Below are positions 49,101-61,583 of a DNA stretch of 64,000 bases, one piece after another. Within the stretch, counting starts at the first letter, position 1. Every line of letters starts with the position of its first letter. The notes below the pieces were generated by a model. That model saw only the letters and a program-made list of their open reading frames with translations. It was not told the DNA's origin and made no database searches. The position numbers and the translations under genes are program-made. Origin of the DNA: Harriotta raleighana. Lineage: Eukaryota. The stretch lies in NCBI GenBank assembly GCA_050575255.1, contig JBNZDD010013599.1:825321-889320 (forward strand). Reading direction: 5' to 3'.

Positions 49101-52100
49101 ATTCCAAATCATGTTTTTTTTCCCAAAATTGTTTAATCCATTCTGCCCTATTTGTGTGATTTGATGTCCACCTTTGTGAATGCACTTATTGGGAATTACT
49201 CAGATATCCATCTGTGAAATAATAGCTTGTTTTCTCTTATGAATGTCTCATAATCATCTTGATTTTTTTTCAAACATTTGGTATTTCTTGTTGCTCCTTT
49301 TATTTCTATGCACCCCCCCTCCCCTCCCCCCTCCCCCACCCCCTACAAAAAAATCTCTTATCCCCTGAAGACGCAGGCCATGCTGGGATCTGGTTTAATC
49401 AGTGCCTGAGATGCAGTACCTTGCTGAAGTGACCATCCTTAAAGTGGATGCCAAAGCACTAAGTTCTTCCAATAAACTAATTTAGCACCAGATATGTTTT
49501 TTATGGCTCAGGAATGTGATGCTATATGTGTCCACTCAGCCATTGGGGGAAACTCACTAGCTATAATGAATTACATCTTGCTTAAAAATTTGATGACGTC
49601 TTCTTATATTTGTGATTCATGGATCATTTCCCTGAAAGGGAATGATTTTGTAATTCCATGACCAACCAAAAAGGAAAACAGTTGTGTGTTCACCCAGATG
49701 GTAGACAAACACAGTAAGCAGGTTAGAGGTTATTTGTCTCGATGCTTGTCTGAATTTCTACCTTCTTAACTTCCGATATATATATATTTATATATCTTTA
49801 AATTGTCATTTCTGGCAAGAATTAAAATGAGGAATCTCAGCTCCCGAAGCTTCATGCCAACCCTGGAGTAATCTGCAATCTTGTTTAATATATGGAGCAT
49901 TGAGGAATTTTCCATTGATTGTTTTAATCACATGCTATGGATGTAAAACATATTACAAGCTATGTTTCTTAACACTGAAAACAATTGGTTTTGAGCTTGC
50001 ACAGCCCTGTAATTTTTATTATTAATTCCTATTAAAGTGCATGCATATTTTAAAGCAGGCGCCATGCCATCATACAGAAGGGAGCTCATGTGACAACTTG
50101 AAATGTATTAAAGCCCCTCTGGTACCTTTCGTCTTCATTAAAAAAAATGAAATTGTTATGCTTTATTTAAAAGAGAATACTCAATGTGGAATTCTACTCA
50201 TGAGGAAGAATGTTAGATCACTGGGGAGTTTCTCACAAATGAAATTTTCCATTCCGGTTTCCCCTGTGGATTCCTCGCTGAACATTCAAAAAATCTCTGC
50301 GAATCACTAAATCCGAGAGAATTGTGATATTTAAAGAGGAAATGTGTTCCAATGAACAGTCCTGTGATTCTAAATGAATATGTCTAAAGCCATTGGTGTC
50401 TCATTTGTCGCTCACTAACTTTGTTGAGTTAGTTTTGTCCATTAAGATTACTGAGCCAGCTGCACATTCTATGCAACAACAGATTTTATTCTCATGAATA
50501 AAAATGGTTGCCTGTGAACAGCATTTTCTATTTACTAGTGTAGAACATGAATGCAGGCAACTAACAGGAGGAAATATATATTTTTTAATTCTCTCCAGCT
50601 GCCTCTAACCAGTGGTTCAACGTGGTAACGAGTACCTGAATAATACCAAAAGATATGCATAAACCTCCATTTGTAACATTGAAGGATTATAGGGCTGATC
50701 AAAAGAACACACCTGAAGTGTATGTTTCAATGATGGACAAACTAGTCTGTCGTCTTCAGGATACCGCAATTCTTTAAAATCATGTTTAAAGCATTCAGAT
50801 AGATGCAATTTCTGAACTAATAAGTTCTGTGCCAGAGTAGTATTTAAGTGCTCTGCGACTCTACCCGGCATGGAGAGCGTTATATAAGTGCAAGTTGTTG
50901 TCGTAAGGGAAGTCTAGTATTTGTTTTCACGTAAACCTTTTTGTTTGACAGTGAAAGGCAGATGCTGGAGCCAGTGTGTGTAGCTCTGGGAGATCAGCAG
51001 ACTGCCTGGGCTTTAGACACCAATGGCAATCTCTGGTTCAGGAGTGGTGTCACCTCAAAGAAACCTCAAGGTGAAGATGATCACTGGTGGCAGGTAAGAC
51101 CTGAGTCAAACAGAAAATGCACTGAAGAGTTTTCTATTTCTGTTTGATTATTATCCAAATGATGATACAACTGCACAATAAATCCCATGGTGATTTATTT
51201 AAAATTCTGGTTTTGTAATTAGGAGATTAACATTGTCCCTGAAACCTAAAAGTTCATGAAATACTATTAAATTCTTACTTCATTTGGCAAGTACAGTAAT
51301 TTGAAAACATGATGTAAAGTATTGACAGCATATACACATATTTTTAAAAACCTCCAAGACAATAATATTTCCTAAACTTTCTCACCTGGACATCTAGAAG
51401 CCCTAACAACTTGTGCTCATGTTGACGGGCAACCTCGCAAGGAACTTAAAAAAGAAAAAGGAGAGTGCAAGTTTGGTGGGACTACTTTCAGTACAGAGCA
51501 AAAACACAGTCTCCAAACATTTGGGAGTACCTCCCATCAGAAGTGTCTTCAATTAGTTATTATAGGAGACAACCTATATGCCTCCCAGAATAGCTATATT
51601 TAATTGGATGGAAGTTAGTGCTCTACACAGGCCTGCAGGCTGATGTAAAAGCACCCAAGGAATTTAATGCTGTGTATACATCCAGAACTAACATTTTTCT
51701 GGCTCAAGACACTTCTGGATGGACACAATATATCTAGACATTTATAGGATAAGTAAATACAAATGATTGTGACCTGAAAGAGTGTTTCAACATTTATAAT
51801 AAATAATAATAATAATCCTTGCATTTGATATAGCGCTTTTCACATCTTCTAGACGTCTCAAAGCACGTCATAGAATAAACTGTACAGTGAATTGACTGGT
51901 TTGTTTCCTTTCATGTTACAGTTAATCTTGTGTAATTACAAAATGAGTGTGACTGGTTTAACAACAAAAACATTTGATTCTATCAATGTTAAATAAAATT
52001 TTACAGTAGAACAAACAGGGAGGCAGTTGGCTTTAATTTAGGAAAAAGGTTACATGTAATTATAAACTAGAGGACAAATAATTTAAATGTTTCTCTCCTT

Positions 52101-55100
52101 CTGTATAGTACTGTAATTACTATTTGTGGAAGGCTACGATGTAGTGTTCAATGTTAGGATGGATGGATTTTGTACACCCAATGTTCATGTGCAGAGCCAT
52201 AATTTTGCTTGAATGCTGAAGGAAAAAGAATAACTTGTTGGAGGACAAATAAATTGCCCTCAAAGGAAAGCTTTGTGTGTGAGTGTTGGTTCAGATCAGG
52301 AATTTAACTTCAATTCAAACTAAACACTCTAGTACTGCAACTTGCCCAACCTGCCCAACCTGCTTTTGAGCGCAAAGCAATATTGTAACTATGGTAATTG
52401 AAAACTAGAAATTGTTATTTAGATGTTATTGCATTCAGCGAGATAATTGTCACCTCCATACTTTGTTCAGATGTTGCTAAAAAAAATGCCATTGAAGCTT
52501 GTAGATTTTTCAAACAGAATTTCCCCAAATCCAATTGTAATTCTTCAGAAGAAGAAATATCAGTAAAACAAAATATGGCTGTTTGTTTTTGTAAAAAAAG
52601 ATCTATAATTCTTTGAGGAATACTTCCAGAACTCTATAAATGTCATTTTGTTATTGTTGTTGATAATGATCTTTTGTGTGATTTAAAAAATGGCTTTTTA
52701 TGGCGGCATTTGATAAATTGAAGAAAATGTGTGAGATGATGGTTTATGCTTTTGTTTGCTTGTATGATCTGTACTGGGATTCATTGACCAAGTGCCAAGA
52801 AATTATTCTATTAGTTAAGAAAAATAAACAGGACATTTATAATCAGGATTTTTCAACAAATGACAGTACAATACTATTTAAAATTCGGAGAACAACGTGT
52901 AGCTTCTGAACATTGCCATTATAGCTAAGACGTCACTGAATTAAGGAGCCATAGTGTGTGTTTGTGTAACTGTGTGTGTGACTGTCNAGTGCCAAGAAAT
53001 TATTCTATTAGTTAAGAAAAATAAACAGGACATTTATCATCAGGATTTTTCAACAAATGACAGTTCAATACTATTTAAAATTCGGAGAACAACGTGTAGC
53101 TTCTAAACATTGCCATTATACCTAAGACGTCACTGAATTAAGGAGCCATAGTGNGTGTTTGTGTAACTGTGTGTGTGACTGTCTGTCGTATCAAGGGGAG
53201 TGTGTGTGAGGGGGTGCTTTCTCTGTGTACAGGCATCAGACAGGTGAGACACACTGTTTTTGAATCTGAAGGCCAATTTTTTTGTGTGTGGGGTTTGGGG
53301 TTCAAAGTAATCTTTACTTTCTTTCGGAGGATTGAGGAGAGATGGAATTGGGATTTTAGCAAACACTTTATGAATACTTCTTATTTACCACTGGGGTTTA
53401 ATGCCTCCTTCTTTTGTGGTGCTTTCTGACGTTAACATCTGTGCTGCTCACAGGAAAGGTGGGAGCATGCTCTCAAACGTGTCTCTGTAAACAGATGCTA
53501 ATGCTTAATTTTGTGGCAGGTTTTTCCCCAATTCTTATCTTTTGTTCCATGGCTCTGAGCACTAATGGTCTATTGCTCAACACTAAAGGCCTGCTTTGAG
53601 AATTTCTAATGAACTTAGGAAATTAGCTGAATCGCAGCCACGTGGGCTGGATTGTAATGGTTAACGGTAATAGCCTTTCTAAATTTCTGTTATATTCATC
53701 CAGCAATCTCGCTTGTATGAATTCCTCTGAAAGGTAGAGATTAGTGCTTCTAGATTTTGTTTGCAACCTTTTATTTACCCTCAGACCAATCAATAATTCT
53801 ACTCAGTCCGTGGTTTTGAGCTGGGCTGCAATTTGGCATCAAGAAACGTGTTCCAAAAATGGAGAGAATTTCTTTACACCCGAATTTAAAAGCAAATCTG
53901 ATAGAATAACAATTCAGCGTTACTAATTCCTGACGCTTGATTTATGATGCGACACTCTTTCTCTCAGAGGTTTCCTTCAGAGTTGGAAACCACACCTAGT
54001 TTTCCAAGCTGTTATGTGCAATTTGAAAGTGCGTGTGGAAATGGTATGTTTTTTTTTGTTGTTCAAAGGAAAACCCTTTTTTCTATCCTAAGGTAAGCAT
54101 TACGGATTATGTAGTCTTCGATCAGTGCAGCATCTTCCAGACAATAATCCACGCCACCCAGACCGTCGCAAGTGTTGCTCAAGCTCCAGTGGAAAAAGTG
54201 GCAGACAAGCTGCGGGGAGCATTCTGGTCACAACATCCTCCATCTCACCCGAGTCTCCTCAACGTCAACAACAGTGGTGTGTGGATCACCTCGGGGAGAA
54301 ATGAATTCCACGTGGCCAAGGGCAATTTGATAGGTTGGTCAGTTTTTAATGCCAATCTTCAAGTGTATATGATAATGAAAATGAACAGAACAACTTGCTG
54401 TTGACTGTGAGTGTCAAAAATGTTCTGTGGCAGACAACCAGTTCTGCTGTGATTTTTCTTTTGTTTCAATTAGCAAAGCAATATATCGTTTGATCATTTT
54501 ATTTCTCTGTGTAAGCAGTGCTGTTAGTTTTTAATGGACCAGAGGAACTCTCCAAATCATTTGGGTGAATAAATCGTAAGGCTATAATAATACTTTTTGC
54601 ATTTGATGAAGAGTTTCATCAAATCATAGAAGGGACCTCTCAAAGCGCTTCATAGAACTCGTTGTGGCCATCGGAGTCTTCTCCCACTCTTGGTTTGTGT
54701 TCTAAATGTTGCAGCTGCTTCAAATTAAAATACATTGGGAATTTGTTCACTGTGACCTTAACTTAGATTAAAATGTTCCGCCTCTGTAAATTGCTTCAAT
54801 CTGAACGCTGAAGGAAAAGGATTTGAAATTGACTAGTGGAAATCATCTGAATATCTGCAAGGTTTTATAGGTCCTTGAATGCATCACAGCCACAGGGCAT
54901 GTAATCATGCAGGAGATCACATTTTGCTTAGAATTACAAATGCAAACTGAATTTGACATTTAAGAAAAAGTCTAATTTGACTTTCATAGGGACATATTGG
55001 AAGACAGTTGTGCCTCGAGGAACGGTATCGGCTACAAAATGGGCTTTTGTAATGGCTTCTGTTGCTCCTACTAAAACAGGTAAGGAACGTTCACAGCCTA

Positions 55101-58100
55101 TAAATAAATGGTTTGCTTACATTCACCTGTGAAACTTTAAACTCTGCAGATTTTTTGATACAGCAAAACTTGCATAAGTCTTCTCTATAAATTGTATAAT
55201 TGTACATGCACCCGAGTCCCGTTCAGTTTTCTATCAAAGCCACTTAGCTTAATTTCCTAACTTGCTCCATTGCTCTCCTATCCTCCATTCCTCCTTCATT
55301 TACCGGCTACATTAAATGGTGAATGTAATCTTGATCTGTTAAGGCGTGGGCAGAAAACCTTCCAGTGTAATGTAGATTGCTGATTGATCAGATTTTATTT
55401 GACTTACACAGTTTGCCTGCAAACTCCGACTTTGCGCACGTCATAATTAATGTTGTGGTCCTGACTGATACCACTTATGTGAGTTTTGCTGTATATGTGT
55501 GAATGCGTGGTTAAGTGTCTAATTTTGGGGTCTTCTAATTTTCGTCAAAAGTTAGGTGACCTAGTAACACTTGTGTAAAGCTCACCTTTTTTTTAAGACT
55601 AGGATCATTTTCCCTATTGATTTTGTTTTTTTTACAGTGAAAAGCAGTTCAGTTCACTGTGCGGTCGGTCGGTCTTATCATTTCAGTTGTTCACTGGAGG
55701 TTTCTCATGTCCTTTAGTAGAGAGTGCATCCCAAATCTATGCACAGAATCGTCTACTAAATACAATACCTCCTTACTAAGTTCTAGTAGATTTGTGGACC
55801 TTTTGTAAATTTACAACAGGAACTCGAAATTGTTCACATGATGCTTTGCTATCCTGCTTTATTGTTTCTTAATTGCAAGGAGATGATTCATGCTTCTAAA
55901 TATTTGCTCAGGACACAGAGGCCTGCAGCTGGATTTTAACATTGCAATGAGATCCTACAGCAGAATCCCTACGGCAGAGCCCTCGCGCTGGCTGGAGAAA
56001 CTCCCAGATGTTGTTCTCATCTGGGCTTTTGGCTGTTGTCCATAAAAATTCAAGTGCAGGGAAATCCCGTAAACCTTGTTCATTGCACACTCGTGCAGTC
56101 AGCCCGCTCAGTGTGTCTGCTGCCGACCATTTTATCTTACTGCCGTTGACGGGGAAATCTGCCTTTGGTTTTCAGGTCATTGCTGGTGTCACTTCCCCCA
56201 TTGTGTATGCGCAGAAGGCAAAAGTGATGTGTGGTCCCCGATTCAGAATTCAGCCATTTTTTTCCTTTTAGCACACAAGCAGAGCAGCACACTTCGCCCA
56301 CAGGTGCAGTTACCAAGGCTATCGCTCCTCACTGTCACGTGAGTTGAGATTTTATGGATCCTGAACATTATATAACAACAATAATGCTGCACTGTTTCAA
56401 TTTTAAACTTTCACCATTTTTAAAAGCAAAGAATAGACCCCAATCAGGTCAAATGTCTCCCTTTATTACTCACCGACCCATCTGTTACGGCTGGAAGTCT
56501 ACATTATTAATTCTCTCATTGCTTTTTCTCTCTACCTCAACTCAGTACATAATAATGTAGTAATAATGCCTCGTGTAATATGCTATATTCCACAGGAAGT
56601 TTTCTATGGCTGGGACAAAGCAATAAAGACCTCTTCTGCATCAACGATCAAAATCCTGAGTTTCGACCTTCCACTGTGCAGCTGCCTCTTGACATAGAAA
56701 TGATCCTGATCTCTGCCAGCCATGATGCAATCTGGGGTCTGGACTCTATGGGGCTGATCCATATACGGACATTGTCGGAAAACTGCCCAACTGGTATGCA
56801 CTGGACCAAACTTGATGTCACTCAACTTGGTAAGCCGTCTTTTAATTGAGTATAATTTCATTTAGAATTTAATTAGAAAAGATTTTGCACTTTTAGTTAG
56901 AAAAGGTATTAAACTATGTAGAGCTCCTCCTATGCCTGCCTGCTCAGGTGGATGTTGAAGATCCCGTGTCAGTGTTTGTGAAGGGACAGTTCCCTTGCTG
57001 ACAATCCTCCAGATACAAAATGTCATTCACTTCATGGCTGTTTGTGAGACTTTACTGTGTGGGGAAAAATTGGCCTCCCTGTTTGCCAACAAATGCATAA
57101 TTACTGTACAGTAATTCCTGTGAAGGGGTTTGAGACATCTTGCTGATGTGGAAGACGCTATATTACATGCAAGAATAATTATTTTTCTTATTATTTAAAA
57201 TGTTAGTCTGACACGGTGCCTAAATCTACCTACTTATCTCCTTTTTCACCTGCCACCTACCATATGTACAAGCAGAATAATAATCCTTGCATTTGATTGA
57301 GCGCTTTTCGCATCTTCTAAATGTCTCAAAGCGCTTCACAGAATATATTGGTAACCTGAATTGACTGTATATTTGTGGGCGAAACGCGGCAGCCAGTTGC
57401 GCACAGCAAAGTCCCACAAACAGTCGTGGATTGAAAATGCTGCATTTTTTTTTGAGGAATTATTATTAGAACAATCCAATCTTCAGCACGCTGACCTATC
57501 TAAATATATCAACTTGAATCAAACCCAGAATCCATTGGCAAAAGGGCAGCATTCTAAAATACCATATTACCTAATCACTCCGAAGCCTATTTAGAAATCA
57601 AGACACTGATACAACATCTCATGGAAAGACTCCCAAATTGGTTATCTGATATTTTCTTAGTAGTAATGGATATGGACACACCTGTCATAGTTTTAATATT
57701 TATGATCTATATTTACTGCAGCACCTACCAATGAAAAACATGTTTTCTTTTCAATTTAAAATGCCAATCTCCCCTGCTCGATAATGTAAAAATTCTGTAC
57801 TTTTGCATGCCATGGTACATGCTGTGTTATTTTTGGTTTAAGCAATGTAATTAATGCACACAGAGAAAACTGCTGGGGCTTTTTTTAAGTTATTGAAGAC
57901 CCATTTCTTCCTCTGGGGTTGTTTTTCCAATCAATCACATAGGAGTCAGTCCAGTGCGTTACCCACCTGCTACATTTGCCCTTCATTGCCTCGAAACCAC
58001 ATTATTCTGATGACATTCTGAACTATGATTGGTTGTACTGCACCTTTCACAGCAAACAACAACAAAATGACACTCGTGTCACACCTTTCAAAGCCAGGAG

Positions 58101-61066
58101 GACATCCCAAGGCACTGAAACGCGCACATAAATTTAGAATCAATAGCTTCAAAAATTCAAATCGAACGTGTATTCTGGCACTCTTTTTGCTGCCTTTATT
58201 TGACTCTTGATTGTCTTCCCAGTTTATCGTCTAATGAAAGAATTTAGCTTTCATTAGGCAAAGCTTTTGCTAAGTGATCTGTAAGTGATTCCATTGCATA
58301 ACCTAAATCTCATCTTGAAAGACTTCAGCTAAAATCAGCGACGTGCTGAAGTCAGCGTCCAGCGTATATTTAAAGGCAGTCAAATTACTTTTTTTTTAAG
58401 ATTGCAAATGGCTGACCTAATGAGTTAGGTGAAGACTTGCCTCGACACTTTACCATGACTTTTCTACGCAACACGCGCGATTCGAGAAATTAAACCGAAA
58501 AGGTGTTGTAAAGGTACTGCTGCTCACTTGAGAGTGTAAACTAATTCAGTGCTCATCTAATCAGCAAGGTTACTAAAGGTCAGAACATGCCTCCAATGTA
58601 AAAAGCACACAGCAGTGCAGACTAGGCGTTATCTGAGCCCAAGCTGCATTGCATGGTGACGCTGTTTAAAATCAAAACATTTCAACAGCTGTAACATCAT
58701 GTGATTAACCTAGTAATGCCTAAAGCATATGATGCAGTGTGGCATTTTGATGAGTGCTGATGTAGTAACATGATATTTTTTATATAAAAATTAAAAGTTC
58801 AGTCACCTGATTAACGGTTTTAATATTGAATCAGTTATCCCACGGTCCCTTCGCCTCGCTTCCTCCCTTGCCTCCTTCAAGGCCGGTCTCCTCTTTGATC
58901 GTGCCATCTGCTGCCCTCCCAACTCTCTCCCTCCCCTCCTCACTCTCTCCCAGCCCTCCCCACTCCCCTGCCCCTCTCCCTTGCTCGGGTCCCGACCTGA
59001 CTATTCAGCGCCTCGGGACGTGTTCCTGACGTGAAGGGCGCGCTATAAATGTAATTTTGTTGTGGTTATTTGTTCGCAGTCCTTGATATAAAATTGGATT
59101 ATTTTCTGCATTTTTCATAGCTTTCATAACTATGAAATGTTAAGCATATCCATGTATCTAAACCGTTGACTTAAACGCAATTGATGAATATTTTGAAAAA
59201 TCTATTTAGATCTGACAGCGGTTTTACAAAGTGTGACAATCTCCCAGTGTTTATTAATTGAGACTGATTGTAGAACTAATTTTATGTGTTCCATCCTGCA
59301 TCAGCTCTGCCAACGTGATTACAAAATAGTTCTGAATGGTGGGATGTGGCTAAAAATACTGCTCGTCTTTCATCTGCATTCTCTCTGTACAAGTGGAGTA
59401 CAGTACTGTACTTGGTGATTATGTCAAATTAAACCTGTCAGTGTATAATTATTTTTATTCTCATCAATTCAACCCACATGTTTACACAGTCGCCAAAACT
59501 GTAGCCCAGCGTATTCTCAGCGAAGCAGATGGAATAGAATTGTCACCACTGACGCAGTGCTGATGATGGAATGTTAACCTTGAAATATTTAGCTCTATAC
59601 ACAGCATTGGGTACAATTCGCCTCCAGCTAAGCCATCTGGTGTGCTGCGGTACCTATTTTGGGACCTGTACTATGAAGAATCTATCAGTAGAGCTAAGAA
59701 CATGTTGTTATCTACGGTGTTCTTAGGTTGTTATGATGGAGAGGATGACTGCCTGGACGTAGTGTCAAAATGGATTTGGATCTACTCAAATAGCACTTTC
59801 GAAATTCACACCAGTCCAGGAGATCAAGCAACATCTTCTGTGGGAACGCAGTTGATCAAATTGAAAACATTGTTGTCGCACTTTAAATACTGTTGCACAC
59901 CACCATTAACCTAACCAAATGTATCGCAGCCTATTCTTATGAGTAAAACACACTTAAATGTTAACGTTAATCCATGTTAATGTTATTCATGTTAATTCAT
60001 TATTTATCCATGTATGAAAGTTACTTTTCTTTCCATCAGTTCAAGGCTGAAAGGCTTCTTCTGTGTAATTATTTGCACTTTCTAAAGTTCCAAATCTGTC
60101 ATGGACTTCACTACATGAAGCAGGTTATGCTGATGAGAGTCTTTCGTGTTTATATGCAAAGGCACATTTCTTTTATCAGTGTATTAAAAAGGTGGATAAG
60201 GTGGAAAAAGTCTAAATTGGATGATCTTTATTCCGGGGTCATACTTCCACTGGTCAATAACATTAACTAGCAGCATCCATAACAGATTATGCAAACTGGC
60301 ATAATTTCACTCTAGATTTTGGGATACTACATCAATGTCAGGATGGCAACTGCTATAACATTACAGGCTGAGCCTATTTGAGATAACTTATGGTGGGAAA
60401 GAACTCCAGGAAATACTGTACTTAGATTAGGACAGTTCACCCAGTGCTAGCCTTGTAATTCTGAAGTTTATTTGATTGTATCCGCAACATAACATTTTAC
60501 TAGAATTGGGTTATTCCATAATAGTCTATTCCAACAACAACAACAACAAAACTTTGATTTATATAGCTCCCTCCACACCGGATGGCGTCTCAGAACGCTT
60601 CACAATAGCGGATCCTGGGACCAGGGCAGAGGCGAAACAATATTCCATATTGACTTATGCGTTTGCCTACAAATTCAGTCTTGACGTTTTACATTGTTTC
60701 CTGTGAATCACTTTGAGATGCCTCCAAATTGTGACAATATCAAATTGAAGATTATAAAGTTGTTATTTGACCAATATTGTTCAGTGTAAATATAGCTTTT
60801 AACTTACTGCAAACCAGTTTGCCTCATTCCATAAACCAATGATCATTTCTGACCATATACTGGCTACGTCTGATTTAGAACTTCCACCTAACAGGTTCTT
60901 TTTACTGTTTTCTCCAGGAAATGTAAAACTCGCCAGTCTAACGTGCGGGAGTCAGCATATATGGGCCTGTGATGTTGATGGGATCGTTTACTTCCGTGTG
61001 GGGACACAACCACTTAATCCCAGTATGATGTTGCCAGCCTGGATAGCCATCGAACCACCAGAGCAG
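36909..61066 (+). CDS. TECPR2: Tectonin beta-propeller repeat-containing protein 2, partial (16 coding exons, about 1343 codons; 3' exons beyond window)
   Basis: Join: 36909-37127, 37699-37827, 38152-38283, 38813-38970, 39343-39661, 39792-39924 (donor uncertain), 40707-41183, 41773-42839, 43698-43881, 44840-45013, 48888-49068, 50952-51093, 54093-54333, 54990-55079, 56596-56829, 60918-61066. N-terminus FKEFSPLYYLLNAIPTKIQKGFRS, WD40 region, disordered linker, then TECPR repeats (ESWMGYSGPGYGILSL, KGKRHWYEALP, WALDTNGNLWFRSGVT). Confidence 0.95.
37699..37827 (+). CDS. TECPR2: TECPR2 coding exon 2
   Basis: GKTETITVVKLLACFDDLVAIGTASGRVTLFQLVSPLPGRNKQ. Confidence 0.95.
38152..38283 (+). CDS. TECPR2: TECPR2 coding exon 3
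   Basis: LRRFDIVGVHKNTITTLTWSINGMKLFSGDDQGKVVYANVDLDQ. Confidence 0.95.
38813..38970 (+). CDS. TECPR2: TECPR2 coding exon 4
   Basis: GTCNSTVILEESTPIVQLDYNQKILLVST...VGTQPRK. Confidence 0.95.
39343..39661 (+). CDS. TECPR2: TECPR2 coding exon 5
   Basis: AGRFGACFLPGLCKQ...SRPGLRLWKSD...LLSWNEESIYVVDSVNQ. Confidence 0.95.
39792..39924 (+). CDS. TECPR2: TECPR2 coding exon 6 (3' boundary uncertain: 39909, 39924 or 39933)
   Basis: ALIGGLEGSSAIVSVSCTENEIFVLTGDRDIIRISNRPEG. Confidence 0.8.
40707..41183 (+). CDS. TECPR2: TECPR2 coding exon 7
   Basis: Phase 1/1; SRSSSVNS...EEFDQQLIVISLKKKKKRKQ. Confidence 0.87.
41773..42839 (+). CDS. TECPR2: TECPR2 coding exon 8 (acidic/Ser-rich linker)
   Basis: 1067-nt open exon ending SSSDDEDIYGHG...LKSDQ. 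Confidence 0.9.
43698..43881 (+). CDS. TECPR2: TECPR2 coding exon 9
   Basis: FSESWMGYSGPGYGILSLVVSEKHIWCLDYKG...VQQVAVSPS. Confidence 0.95.
44098..44620 (+). mobile_element. L2-clade LINE 3' end (family B) with an internal about 170-bp duplication
   Basis: CACTCTGGAACTCCATCCCACAG...TTCAAGGCCGGTCTCAAGACC, C-rich UTR, (GTT)n tail; 44231-44397 is repeated at 44401-44567. Confidence 0.82.
44840..45013 (+). CDS. TECPR2: TECPR2 coding exon 10
   Basis: GILLWKIDQKSSKAFACGKVTMKGKRHWYEALPQAVYVALSDDTAWIIQTNGELYLQT. Confidence 0.95.
46384..46691 (-). mobile_element. Full-length tRNA-derived SINE (family A)
   Basis: Head AGTCCTGTAGCTCACTGGTTAGAGCACTCGCCTTGCAAGCGAGAGACCTGGGTTCAATTCC with A/B boxes; same core and tail as 1150-1452. 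Confidence 0.87.
48888..49068 (+). CDS. TECPR2: TECPR2 coding exon 11
   Basis: GLSADRPCARAVKVDCSYPL...CPEGEQWLCDIV. Confidence 0.95.
50952..51093 (+). CDS. TECPR2: TECPR2 coding exon 12
   Basis: ERQMLEPVCVALGDQQTAWALDTNGNLWFRSGVTSKKPQGEDDHWWQ. Confidence 0.95.
54093..54333 (+). CDS. TECPR2: TECPR2 coding exon 13
   Basis: VSITDYVVFDQCSIFQTIIHAT...NEFHVAKGNLI. Confidence 0.95.
54990..55079 (+). CDS. TECPR2: TECPR2 coding exon 14
   Basis: GTYWKTVVPRGTVSATKWAFVMASVAPTKT; 90 nt. Confidence 0.92.
56596..56829 (+). CDS. TECPR2: TECPR2 coding exon 15
   Basis: GSFLWLGQSNKDLFCI...IRTLSENCPTGMHWTKLDVTQL. Confidence 0.95.
56930..57185 (+). mobile_element. Old Deu-domain SINE fragment (SacSINE1/AmnSINE-like)
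   Basis: CTCAGGTGGATGTTGAAGATCCC...GCTGTTTGTGAGACTTTACTGTGT...AAATTGGC, then an L2-like tail; related pieces near 25600-25800 and 43160-43340. Confidence 0.6.
57277..57460 (-). mobile_element. 5'-truncated family A SINE
   Basis: Tail plus core GCGAAACGCGGCAGCCAGTTGCGCACAGCAAAGTCCCACAAACAG; no head. Confidence 0.8.
58836..59070 (+). mobile_element. L2-clade LINE 3' end (family B)
   Basis: CCTTCAAGGCCGGTCTC...GGTCCCGACCTGACT...GTGAAGGGCGCGCTATAAATGTAATTTTGTTG. Confidence 0.8.
60918..61066 (+). CDS. TECPR2: TECPR2 coding exon 16
   Basis: GNVKLASLTCGSQHIWACDVDGIVYFRVGTQPLNPSMMLPAWIAIEPPEQ. Confidence 0.95.
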
Positions 61067-61260
61067 GTATTCGCTTGAAATGTGTTTGTGTTTTGAACTG
61101 ATCCAAGATGAGAGATAACAGTGCTTGAGGACTGAGGTACAGAAGAAACACTTTCAAAGCAGGAAACATTTGTTCACCTCTCTAGCCAATATGCTGAGGC
61201 CAAAGTTAGTTAGGACCCAGTCTATCTAAGGTCACAGACTACTTTCCTTACATTTATAAC

Positions 61261-61583
61261 AATAATAATATAATGAGAATCCTTACATTTGATATACCAC
61301 TAGCACTTTTCACATCTTCTGGATATCTCAAAGCGCTTCACAGAATATACAGTAAAGTGAATTGACTGTATATGAGTGGGCGAAACACGGCAGCCAATTG
61401 TGCATAGCAGTGTCCCACAAACAGTCGTGGATTGAAATGACCAATTTAGTATTGTTTTTTTGGGGAGGGATTATTATCAAGCGTGTCGAGTAAGGCAAGT
61501 TGCCCAAGGTTTCGCCCTGCCTGGATTTGAACACAGGTCTCATATTTATAAGGCGAGTGCTCTAACCATTGAGCCACAGGACT
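61261..61583 (-). mobile_element. Full-length tRNA-derived SINE (family A)
   Basis: Same head, core and tail as the copies at 1150 and 46384. Confidence 0.87.

Noticed and set aside
55900-56345. Moderately GC-rich intronic stretch with short ORFs in TECPR2
   Set aside because: The flanking exons join in frame without it and the ORFs have no recognisable motifs; conservation cannot be judged from this sequence alone.
58231-58257. Perfect 10-bp hairpins (CTAATGAAAG/CTTTCATTAG here; ATTTGATGAA/TTCATCAAAT at 54601-54624)
   Set aside because: One or two such stems are expected by chance in 64 kb of AT-rich DNA; too short for a pre-miRNA.
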